Assembly (NCBI RefSeq): GCF_009914755.1
Contig: NC_060925.1
Origin: the human T2T-CHM13v2.0 reference genome, Homo sapiens
Reading direction: 5' to 3' (one strand)
DNA length: 64,000 nt
The notes under the pieces are model-generated. The model was not told where the DNA came from. It ran no database searches and was given only the letters and a program-made list of their open reading frames with translations. Below, in pieces: positions 16,226-27,795 of this stretch. Positions within the stretch are counted from its first letter, which is position 1, and each line of letters begins with the position of its first letter. Position numbers and translations under genes: made by a program.

Positions 16226-16799
16226 GAAAACAAAGGGCACGTTGGCATTTTATCTATTGTGTTATTATTGCATCTTTTGAAATGTATTTCAAACTGAAAT
16301 AATGATAAACATCTATCACAAATGAAAGAACACCCAATCAGAAAGACCATATATATTGTAGATTGGAATTTGTTACAAATATTGGCCTTGAGGATATTTA
16401 CAGTTGTAAATTTCATTATATGATACCAATTCTTCTAAAAATTAAGCTATTAAAACATTTGGGCATATAGATATTTCAGATTTTGTATTGATTTCAAATA
16501 AAAGGCAAAGTAATGATGACCAATTTTTCTTGAATAAGAGCTGGTTAAATTTTGCCTTGATGAAAGAGACCTTATCAAGACTTACCCACTCCAGAAAAAC
16601 TTTGTAAAATAAATAAGACCTGAGCTGATTTTCATCTTTCTGTAGATAGTTGGTTATACCTGGAGTGTCTGTAAACTTTAAGAAGTAACTTTAAGAGGAA
16701 ACCTTAAGAAGAAAATGGAACATAGAGTTGAGAGAAAAACGCAGAAATATTAAATTATAAAATGGAAAGAAAGGATTAATAATAAAAAATATTTATTTT

Positions 16800-17138
16800 G
16801 GTAGAAATAAGACTATAGAAATAAATTGACTCATTCAAATATATTAAAAGCTAGATGGAATCGGTACTAGGATTCATTATGTGTAGCTTCAGAGGTTAAA
16901 GCCGACATGAGTGGATGGAAACCTAGGAGATATATATTGGTAGCAATTAAGAAAAAAAAAGTAATACTACCTAAAAATTGAATGTCCTGCCTTCAGAAAA
17001 CATGAATAATCTGATCACCAGAGTAGCTCATCCATCAATGCTTCAAGTATTATACAGGAGGAATTCAAATATCAGATGGATAGGTCAGACTATAGAATCT
17101 CTAATATATTTTCTAACATTAAATATTGTGATACTATG
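16800..17138 (+). mobile_element. L3/CR1 3' end fragment
   Basis: gattcattatgtgtagcttcagagg...ttctaacattaaatattgtgatactatga resembles the CR1 3' terminus. Confidence 0.55.
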
Positions 17139-17280
17139 AGAGGATTTCAGAGTCTCAAATAATAATTGTAACGATGTTTGAGAACTATCATTACAAGTTA
17201 AATATAAAATGGTTCAATATAGTTGTTTTCTTAAATACTGAGATCAGCTGAACTTAGTGAATCAAAATTTTCCTAGGAAA

Positions 17281-17908
17281 TGTGATAGATTTAATGAATA
17301 TTTATCCATTATTGGTTCCTTCTTTGTTATGCTTCCAAATAGAAGAAGAATAAATTTCCTCTCTATTGAATTTTGGATTCAACATATCATTTCCTTTGGC
17401 AAAAAAAAAAAAAATCAGCCCGGACGATGTATGTAACTTCTGAGCAGAATCTTCACAAGCCAGTATGCAGTTGATATGGTTCTCTTTTCCACCTGCCACA
17501 CATGGAAATATTCCCATGTTCAAGTGAGAGTTTGTTCTGTCAGTCTTGGTCTCAGATGGGTAGGAGGCAGACACCAGTTGATCTGCAACATCCATGTACT
17601 ATAGAGGATGAATAAACTTTCCGTGTTTTAAAACTCATGATCTCCTGAGGTCATTAGATGTATGCAACTTCTGAGCAGAATCTTCGCAAGCCAGTAAGCG
17701 GTTGATATGGTTCTCTTTTCTACCCGCCACACATGGAAATATTGCCATGTTCAAATGAGAGTTTGTTCTGTCAGCCTTGATCTCAGATGGGTAGGAGGCA
17801 GACAACAGTTGATCTGCAACATCCATGTACTATAGAGGATGAATAAGCTTTCCATGTTTTAAAACTCATGATCTCCTGAGGTCATTAGTTATCTAACCTG
17901 CTCTAATA
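17281..17908 (+). mobile_element. Ancient MLT1 (J/K/L-like) LTR carrying an internal tandem duplication
   Basis: tgtgatag start; tttggc...gatgtatgtaacttctgagcagaatctt and ccttggtctcagatggg motifs. Confidence 0.55.
17426..17887. repeat. Tandem duplication, 2 x 231 bp
   Basis: Copies 17426-17656 and 17657-17887; 13 substitutions and no indels by hand alignment; explains the twin ORFs MDVADQL... Confidence 0.95.
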
Positions 17909-18779
17909 TGGGAGTTGGGCAAAAGGTGCATTAATTGAGTAAATTCTGTCCATTAAGCAGGTCAGAAGCAGACTACACTCATCATTAGAGAAAAGAAATG
18001 ATTGGGCCAGAACTGGAGTGTTGGTTACTTATGACTCTAAGAAAATGTGTAAGAAAATTTCAGATTCATGTTTACTATACTTCCAAATATGTTTAGGGCC
18101 AGGCCTACACTCAGAAGAGGGTACAAGAAAATGATACAAAAGGCCAAGAAAATAATACAAAGATAGTCCTTTTCTTCATTATCTCCCTTTAACTCTCAAA
18201 CATTTTGCTTCCTTACCCTCTGTTTCCAAACCCGTAACAAAGATAAACCCCATAATAGAGGTACCATGGGCCTCTATTATGAGTCACACATGCTTTAAGA
18301 ACAAATAAGACAGGAATGTTATGAGAGTTTATTTTTTTTTCCCAAAGGAAAACTTTATGTTATGACAAATTACAATTAGATAATCACCTCGTGCAGAACA
18401 AGAGACTGGGGAATGTTACCAGGCTTAAAAAAGAAATCCTACTATATTGCTGCTTAGGTGTAAATCTTACCTATGGTCTAGAGCCAAACTATCCATTGTT
18501 TAAAAGACACTTGCCAGTACACCGTTGCCAAATTAAGGTTAACTTGGGGTTCACTGCTTTACTACATGACTTAAATGTAACAACACAGACTTCATGGCAT
18601 ATTAGTTTAGGTATATGAAGGAAGAGGAAGAGAGGTGAATATAAATTGTTAAAATAAACATGGAACTCTTGAGATTCCAAGGAAATGCTTGAGTAGTTTA
18701 TGACAGGTTTCTATTTGTCCTATTCTGCTAAATAAATAAATAAATAAATAAATGTCAATGAGCAGTAAGGAAAAACTTA

Positions 18780-19345
18780 ATCTATAATACATTGAGGATC
18801 TGCAAAAAGCTCAAGGTGTGTGACAATGGTAGAAATATAAATATAAATTTCAAGACATTTTTAAGAAGTAAAGTGCAGCATTAAGTTAGAAAAAAAACGT
18901 GTATGTGTATGATAAAAAAAGAGGGACTCTTACTAAGAGCAGTCTTCATGAAAAAATACTTAAGAATTGTTCCTCACAACTCGATATTAATGAACAGTGT
19001 GAGATTCTTGCCAGAAAGTTAGAGGAATCTTAGTTTGCATTGTGCTCAGAATAAAGGATGTAAAATTAATGAATAAAACCATATCTGTTAATACGGCTTT
19101 TTGTTCAGTTCTGAATTCCAATGACAAATTGAGATTATTCCTAGAAGATGAAAAATGGTTAAGGGTTTAGAAATTTTGTGAAATAAAGAGTCATCTTTTC
19201 ATTTCTAAGATATTTATTTACAATCTAAGAAAATGAGAATATTAAATTTACAGAAATAAAAAAGCAAAGAAGATATGATAGTTGTAGGCAAATACCTGAA
19301 GGCTGACCTAGTAGAGGCAGTAGGCCTCCAGAGAGAAAGAATAAA
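18780..19345 (+). mobile_element. L3/CR1 ORF2 fragment
   Basis: aacagtgtgaga...aatcttagtttgcatt...tgttcagttctg...gacaaattgag...gatatgatagttgt...aaatacctgaaggctg follow CR1 consensus order. Confidence 0.65.
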
Positions 19346-20374
19346 TATTTCAGCACAAGACAATATCATGTTTGGGTTTTTTTTTTGTTTTGTTTTGTTT
19401 TTTTGTTTTTTTTTTTCAGAAAAGTGGAAAATAAAAAAAAATTCAAAATAAGTAAGAGTGATGTTAATATTAGAGATGTTATTTCTTACACTCTTCAACT
19501 TTGTGATACACTGAGCTCCTAGTCACTGGAAACAGAAATTAAATAATCAATACTAAATTGTATAAAGGAGAGGATTCTTCATCAGGTACAACATTTGACA
19601 AGCTTACCGCTAAATTGTCTGTCTGTCAGTTTTAACAATTGAGGCAAGACTTCATGCTTCAATAGTGTTTGGGGAAATTTATCTTGTTATTCTCTGTGTT
19701 AACTTGCATAGCCAGTGCGACAAATTTGGTCAACCTTTCTAGCCTGATGCTTGTTCAGAGTTCACACAACACAACTACCTGACAACCTGACATAACACCA
19801 CACGTTTGTTTTGCTGCCAATTAACTCCGAGATCTTTACACTAGCACTTTGTCAATTCCTTAAATGAAGTACTGATTTTTGCCAACAGCAGGGTTATTTT
19901 TTCTTTAAAGCTGGCTGTTAAGATCATACTAGCAACATAACAAAAATTAAATGAGACTCTCAGTGACAGGCCATTTAGCCTCATGTCAGTTGCTATGTGC
20001 ATGCTATATAGGTGTCACTAGAAGAGAATGGAGAAGGTCGAAAGGACATTGTTCAAACAAAAAGAAATATATATTTTACAAACAGATTTAATAATTGCTA
20101 TGAGTCATGTGGCTACACTTCACAAAGTTTCCATTTACAAATGCATATAAAATATTGAATTACATAATGATAATGAACAAATTGATTTTTAGAAGAGATA
20201 CAGACATGTTATTGTTAAAATTAGTATTACAGCCTAGATTATGATCCTTAAAAGTAACTCACAGCCTTGATAAGAAGTTGATAGCAAATATTAACCGTGA
20301 CTGAAGGCATCTTGTATAGAGTTGAACTCGCTCTAGGTAAAATGTGTAATACATATTGTGTAATACATATTGGG

Positions 20375-20666
20375 TTGTTTGCTTGTTTGAGACAGGGTCT
20401 CGCTGTGTCACCCAAGCTGGAGTGCAGCTCACTGCAACCTCCGCCTCCTGGGCTCAAGGGATATTCACACCTTAGCCTTCCAAGTAGCTAGGACTACAGG
20501 TAAGCACTACTACACCTGGTTAATTTTTTTTTTTATTTTTTTTATTTTTGTAAAGGCTAGGGGACTCACTATGTTTCCCTGGTCTTGAACTCCTGGACTC
20601 AAGCTATCCACCCAACACGGCTGCCCAAAGTGCTGGCATTACAGGTGTGAGCCACTGTGCCCGGCC
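20375..20666 (-). mobile_element. AluJ
   Basis: Antisense Alu with J-type ctcctgggctcaag; TSD tgtaatacata. Confidence 0.9.
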
Positions 20667-20880
20667 CTGTAATACATACTCTTATATCATGTGTTTTTGT
20701 GCACTGCCTACATATATTTATTTTTATCATGAGGCATTAATGATAACCTCTGGATCAGAACATGCCACTACTTAATGCATGCAGAGATATTAAGAGATAT
20801 AAAAAGCAGGTAAGGGTTTTCCTTATGTAATAATAGCACTTTATTAAAGAGGTCCACATGGTGTGAGAACCATGTACTTT

Positions 20881-21203
20881 ATTTATTTATTTGTTTGTTT
20901 ATTTATTTATTTATTTTTTGAGACAGTCTCTTGCTCTGTCACCCAGGTTGAAGTGCTGTGGCAAAATCGCAGCTCACTGCAACAACCTCTGTCTCCCGGT
21001 TCAAGCGTTTCTTGATCCTCAGCTTCCCTAGAAGCTGTTACTACAGGCACACACCACCATGCCCAGCTAATTTTTGTATTTTTAGTAGAGACGGGATTTC
21101 ACCATGTGGCCCAGGCTGGACTCTAACTCCTGGACTCAATTGATCTGACCGCCTTGGCCTCTCAATGTGCTGGAATTACAGGCATGAGCCACCATGCCCA
21201 ATC
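20881..21203 (-). mobile_element. Alu (Jb/Sz-like) with (TTTA)n tail
   Basis: TSD agaaccatgtacttt / agaaccacctacttt. Confidence 0.9.
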
Positions 21204-21221
21204 AGAACCACCTACTTTTGT

Positions 21222-21420
21222 ATGAGCTCAAATCCTGGCTTTATTACTTAATATATCTATTGTACAAGTCACTTAACATGTGTTAGCCCTAGCTTTCTTA
21301 TCTTTAAAGTAAAAAAAAATACAATCATAACATTAACACTTTGAAGGATTACTTTAAAGTATAAATGGGGTAATGCCTAAAATGTCCTTTAAACTTGATC
21401 CATTATAAGTGGTTCATTAC
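21222..21420 (+). mobile_element. MIR
   Basis: ctcaaatcctggct...caagtcacttaac...ctttcttatctttaaagt core. Confidence 0.65.
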
Positions 21421-21594
21421 AGTTTCATTAAACTCCTTATATTATGCAATTGGAAAATACAGTAAATATTTACTATGATTTTTTTGTAGAAAATCAAACT
21501 TAAATTTTCATAATGTTACTGTTTTACTGAATAAATAAATTATAATCACCAATCTGTTTTACTCACAGTGAAAGAGAAAGCTTAATCTTCTTAT

Positions 21595-22006
21595 ACATAA
21601 TTCAGTATAGACTAGTTTTGCCAAAGTAACAAACACAACCAAAGTGTTTTCTGATTTCAACCACAACTAAAAAGTTCTAGGTTTCAACTCACATTATTTA
21701 TCTACCTAAGGTTGGCTGAGTGGCTCTGCTTTCCTTTGTCCTATCTCAGTAACACAAACAGTGAGTTTTCAACATCTAGAACATCATCAGTTGCTTTGGC
21801 TGAGGAAGTACACCAAGCATATCATGCCTGCCAGGTTCATAAAGCCTTCCTCTAGACAGTGATACATACAGTTTTTTCTCAAGCTTCCTTTATCAAAACA
21901 AGTCACATGGCCATACCTAACTTCAAATGTGCTGGAAGGTCGACTTTCTTATGTGTCTGTAAGAATGAGAACCAGTAATATTTGCTGAAGAGCATGAGTG
22001 ACAACT
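21595..22006 (-). mobile_element. Ancient MLT1 (K/L-like) LTR
   Basis: caagtcacatggccatacctaacttcaa and atatttgctgaagagca...gtgac motifs. Confidence 0.65.
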
Positions 22007-23106
22007 TTGTATTATGTATCAATTTCATTTGACGTTCATAAAATATTTGCTCAGTACTTTAAATCTTTAAATATCTGCTTTGAGAGATCTGATAATCAAA
22101 TAGAAAATATTTCACATAATATATCTTGACTTTGAATTAATTTCTAATGGTCTAAAATCCAAAAGTTCAGTCATGCATCCAAAACTTTAGGTCCAAATTC
22201 TATAGATTGCTGTCTTTATTTTTCAGTGCAATAATTGGCAAAGCAGTTTATATAAATTACACATTAATTCTGCACCTATAAGAATAGTTCACTTGTATGC
22301 TTTAGTAGAAAAATGAAGTTTGAAAAATAGTACATTTCTTTGAAAATGAATGTGTACTTGGTACTTTAACTACTTGTTAGTTTGTCATTATAAGGTAGTA
22401 TTGCTTAAAAGTTAAATTTATATACACATGGAAGAAGTAATACACAAACTACTGGGTATACAACATTAGAGGATTTTAACAAAGTCTATGTGACCATTAT
22501 GAGGTTACTGTAAAAGGTATGAATGTACTCAGTATTGATAACCCTTGTCATGGCTTCTAAGAGTTTGTGTTTGATGTGAATAAGTATTTTTATCAAAATT
22601 ATCCAAATAGTAATATAAAGTATACACAATTTAGTGAAGTCATCACATATATTTTTGTAAAACTGACAATAGAGTATCAAGTAAAAATTCTCTGAATATA
22701 TTGTATTATTTATTGATATCTCTTCACTATAGCATGTGTATGAAAAAAGCAAACAAAAAAGTTATCAAAGTCACTTTTTGTTTTGATTTTATGATGCTGA
22801 ATCAAAGACTTTAATGTTTTTCAGATTAAACTGAATCTTTGAGTGAATTATGAGTTCAAATAAATACAAACTATATTAGACAAACAGGCACATTTATAAT
22901 GAAAACAATCCTTTACAATAAATAAATTGAAACCAATAGAAAAAGCATTTGTGTGTTCCGGTATAAATATATATTCTATCATCTTATTATGAAGACTATG
23001 GCAGGGCAGTCATTCATGCTCTTCTTCATACCTGAATGACAAAGAATAATACAAAACAAAAGCTCTCAAAATACCTGTATAAAAATTTAAAATAACAATG
23101 AGTTAG

Positions 23107-23766
23107 TGTGATGGTTAATACTGATTGTCAACTTGATTGGCAAAGTATTGTTCCTGGGTATGTCTGTGAGAGTGTTGCCAAAGGGGATTATCATTTGAGT
23201 CAGCGGACTGGGAGAGGCAGACCCACCCTCAATCTGGGTGGGCACCATCTAATTAGCTGCCCTGCATGGCTAGAATAAAGCAGGCAGAAGAATGCGGAAG
23301 GACTACGCTTGTTGAGTCTTCCAGCCTCCATCTTTCTCCTGTGCCGGGTGCTTTCTGCCCTCGAATATTAGACTCCAAGTTCTTCAGCTTTTGGACTCTT
23401 GGATTTATACCAGTGATTTGCCAGGGGCTCTCGGGCCTTTGGCCACACTGAAGGCTACACTGTCAGCTTCCCTACTTTTGAGGTTTTTGGACTCGGACTG
23501 ACCCACCACTGCTTTTCTAGCTCCTCGACTTGCAGACGGCCTATTGTGGGACTTTACCTTGTGCTCATGTGAGTCAATTCTCCTCAAAAAACTGCCTTTA
23601 AGAGGTGGAGGTTGCAGTGATCTGAGATCGTGCCACTGCACTCCATCCTGGGTGACAGAGCAAGACTCCATCTCAAAAACAAGCAAGCAAACAAACAAAA
23701 AACCTTCCTTTAATATATTCATATATCCTACAAGTTCTGCCCCTCTAGAGAACCCTGGATAATACA
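23107..23766 (+). mobile_element. MLT2A (HERV-L) solo LTR with a truncated Alu inside
   Basis: tgtgatggttaatactga...gacccaccctcaatctgggtgggcaccatc...ctagagaaccctggataataca; TSD gttag / ggtag. Confidence 0.9.
23602..23700 (+). mobile_element. 5'-truncated Alu (3' part of right arm plus tail)
   Basis: gaggtggaggttgcagtga...gactccatctcaaaaac; TSD aaaaactgcctttaa / aaaaaccttcctttaa. Confidence 0.9.
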
Positions 23767-24983
23767 GGTAGTATTTTTGTTTTTTAAAATTGATCTTTAG
23801 ACTGTGCCTATTGAAAAGGTGAATAGGATTACAGTTACAATGACATTCTTAGAGACACTTAATGAAGTAAATCAAATCGAATGTATAGACAATGTCTGGA
23901 CACAGATATATTTTGTTATCTCATTCATCACTCAATCAGGATATAATATGATAGGTAATGTATCTTCTATATATAGCACATTGCAATAGCTTTTATGTAA
24001 CAATGCAAATAAATATGTTGTTCTCTGCCATCAAAAAATGTCAAACTCTTTTCTGATAGTTGGAATGATGGCACTGATCTAAACAGAGAAAAAACATCAG
24101 GCCAACTGGAACAGGGAGAAGGCATTTGGCAAAAATTCATTTGAGATCTAAATCAGAAATCATTATATAAAACACCTGTTTGGCACTCCATAGCCATCTA
24201 TGTCAGATGATGTTAAAAATTAATTGAAGTTCAGAGCAAAATTTGGTAATGGCAAGGATGATATTCATAATATTTTAAACACTGGTACAGTCAGGCATTG
24301 ATAAGTCATAATGGAAACGGTGACCAATCAAAACAAATAGCAGCAGAAATCAAACTGGTTTTGCATAACAATCTTGGAGCTAAATACCCTCCCTGGTACT
24401 GGAGATAGCTACAAATTACAGTATAGTGCAATGAGCATATCATCACAATAAATTAAAACCATAACGATATCATGTAAATCAAGATTGAGACTGTTGTTAC
24501 AAAAAGTTTGTTTTATTTCCTTTACTTTTATATTCCAACTACCAATTCCTTTAAAAGAGCTATGTTATAAATACAAGCATGATTGTCAAAAACCTTTACC
24601 CATGAGAAGGCAATTATATGACTGTTAATTTAGAATTAGACTTTTATATCCAGTTCATCAAGTCTAAATAAAGTTACTGAATGACAAATGAAGTAGCCAA
24701 AATTTTAAGAGATTAAATGACTTTCTAATGATCACAATGCTTCCTTCTAGTAAAGCTTGGTTTATCTTATTTTCAGCTATTTAGTTTGGAAAAAATGATA
24801 CATACCCTGGATTGAATGCCTCAAAGGTCACTTAAACTACAGATACATCTCATTTTCCCGCAAGTATAGAAGACTGGAAAACATGAGATAGCAAGAGAAA
24901 AATTTATATATCCTCATCTGAGATTATATGGATAGATGATACAGATTATGATGTTTTCAGTTTCTTGTATCTGAAAAGTCAAC

Positions 24984-27258
24984 TGTGGCTGACATTCTAA
25001 CTGTTTGCAAATATTCTGAATCATCTTCTCCTCCAGGCAATGTGAAGTGGCATTTCTCTGTTTCCTTTCAAATTAGATTTGGCCATAAAATGTGATCATA
25101 AGTAATGCGAATTAGCTAGACACACATTACATAAGAGCCAGTGACGATTATCTGTATGCTTTCCCATTGCCTCCATTACCAAATCATTCAAGATAGTGAT
25201 GTTTCCATCAGCCTGAGTCCAGGAGTGAAGTCAATGCTGAGAAGAGACTCCAGCTAACCTGTGGTGGGCACGTAATGTGAGCTAGAAATGACATTTGATT
25301 ATATTATTTTAAGATTTTATGGTTGTTTATTATTGCAAATTGATTTTAACTTATATAGAAATTGGACCCAGGAAAGGAGGGAGGGGATAGTGTTAAGAAA
25401 AGCAAAACCCTACAGTTGTGGCATGGATTCAGTGGATCATGAAGGTGTCAAGTACCCTTTAGAAGAGGCTGAAATGGGAATGATAACAATCCATATTAGG
25501 CCATGAGGAAACAGCTGGGAAACTGTTACCAGCAGTAACTAGGAAATAATACTGTATACCCAACACACTCAGATGTCAGAAAAAAGAATGCTAGTTCTTT
25601 TGCTGGTAACTGTTTATGCCAAAGTATGGCAAGGTATTGCACTCTGTCATAGTGACACATAGCTCCAGATGATGGCTGCACCGTGAGCCCCCATCCTGTA
25701 GTGAGAACACATAGAGAAGATTTCACAACCAATACACAACAGACAAGTGATATGAACAAAGTGAACTTCAGTGTCCTCATCCAAAGATAATATTTCAAGG
25801 TGTGCTTCTGTGGAATTACCTATATTACTTGTCTGACATACGACCTCAAACTTAGAAAATAATTGCTGAATTTGACAGCATGAATAAAAGAGAATTGAGA
25901 GACTATGAATCAGGTAGAGTTAAAAGAGGCAACTGCTTCTCAACTGCCAGTAATAAAATTACGAACTGAGTTACAATGGCCAATTAAAATTCAGTCTCAT
26001 AGCAAGGATGGTACGTGGTTGGCTTTCATGCCCCTTGCCATGATCATGAATAAATTAATTTGTTGGACATTAGGGATAATGTCCAATAAAAGTTGTGGTA
26101 CCCAGAAAAGACTCTCCATTGAACTCCAAAGCCCAAGTAAAACTCTAATAAAATTGCACAATTGAAATGAGAGAGAAAGGAGGGAGGAATAGGTGGAAAA
26201 ACAGCAAATGGGGGAACATATTTAGGAAAGACTGTGGGTGTGGCTATTGGCATAAACTGACTAAACTCAGTCAAAAGATCAGTTAATTTTTACATGAGTT
26301 ATACTGCTAAAAATAATGAAGTTTAAAATTTAAAATGACGTGTGAGTCCCAGTGTTTGGGCAGAAAGCAACCTGAGAAAACTATCCCCCAGGCATATTCT
26401 CCAATTCTCATCTCCCATGTGGCTAAGGAGGATAATGGGATGGAAAGAATCACTCATAGGTTGGAGCTTGAGTCCCCGAAAAACAGAAGACAAGAGAGCC
26501 ACTCTCAGAAATAAAAACTGAGGAATCTTCAAAGAGCATTCCCCACCTTCAGGTTCAGGCCTTCAAAATTTCAGAACTGCTCCAACTTGAGTTTGTTTTG
26601 TGTGTCCTGTTTTCTTTCTTCTGACTGGAAGTGCTTATTATAGTTAAGCTGAGAAATTCTCACTTGGTATATAATATGTCTGGGATAAATAACTTGCTTT
26701 TGGTTCATGACTTGATATCAAAAGAAACTATATCTGGATTTGATGAGGAGGCCGTCAAGCCTCACTCATTGTGCTGGACTCAGTTATTCATGGGAGTTTT
26801 GTTCTGTTTATCTTGGGGATGAGGTGAATGCGTCCTGCATCTGGGAAGAGAAGTAAACTGAATATCTTGTGATTTAGAACAGTGCACTGTAGAGTCATTG
26901 GAACTTCTCACATATTTTCAGGTTTTCTTTCAGGGAAAAAAGCCCTCCTTGAATTAACTATGAGTTGTTTGTTTTGGCCAATGGAATCCTGGCAGGTGTG
27001 GCATATGTCATTTTTCTGGCTGAAACTTTAAGACTTAGTGTATGCATTGTTTGTGGTGTTTTCTCCTTCTGCCATCGTGATCACTTTTGCCTTTAGGGGT
27101 TGCTGTCAGCCTGAGTGTTGGAAGAAGACATAGCAAAACTCACAGCAAACTTACAAGGAACAAATTAGGAAGAAGTCAATGGTATAACTCACGCTGTAAC
27201 TCAAGGATTTGGGGAATTCTTTACTACTGCAGGATTACCTAGCCTGTCCTTAATGACA
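24984..27258 (+). mobile_element. Full-length ancient MLT1 (J-like) provirus: LTR ~24984-25356, internal, LTR ~26888-27258
   Basis: Two diverged LTRs share ttggcc...taaga..cagtg...tcagcctgagt...agattt..ggg order; the internal part begins gaaattgg as in MaLRs. Confidence 0.7.
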
Positions 27259-27264
27259 GACCAT

Positions 27265-27795
27265 CTCAGATTGACTTAACAGTGAAGGACATTTATTGTC
27301 TAATGTAATTGAAACTCTAGAGGCAAGGTAAACTTGAAGCAGGAGTGATTCAACAACTCACTGACATAACCAAAGAAACATTTTTCTATCTTGAATGCCT
27401 TACAACTCTCATAAATGCAAGAAAGCTCATTAATGCTTTTATAAGTATGTTCTTCTTTTCCATTTAAGAAGAAAAGATAATAGCAATCCATGTAGCTATT
27501 ATGAAAAAAAAAAAAAAAGAAATGAAATCTTGCGTCTCCCCCAAATACCCCTAGGAAATATATTTCTAGGCCTCATTGACCTGATTTTTTATATATCTTG
27601 AACCGATCTTCATAGACATGGAAACAGATTATTGTGCTTGTCTTACATTAATCAGAGAGTAATTCTGGATATCAATATAAGCTCAATCCCATACTTTGTG
27701 CATTACTAAAACTTAAATGTAGGTTTTACTCCCCAAAAATATGGGATACTTTACTGTCAAAGAAGGAGAATGAACATTGAGCAACCGACAGCAGA
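27265..27795. mobile_element. Old ERVL/MaLR LTR fragment (LTR33/MLT1-like)
   Basis: ctcagattgacttaa...atttattg...taattgaaactctagagg motif. Confidence 0.4.

Noticed and set aside
16159-16416. ORF with an IYIYIY repeat
   Set aside because: Translation of the (TA)27 microsatellite.
17302-17826. Pair of paralogous ORFs starting MDVADQL
   Set aside because: By-product of the 231-bp duplication in an LTR remnant; no evidence of coding function.
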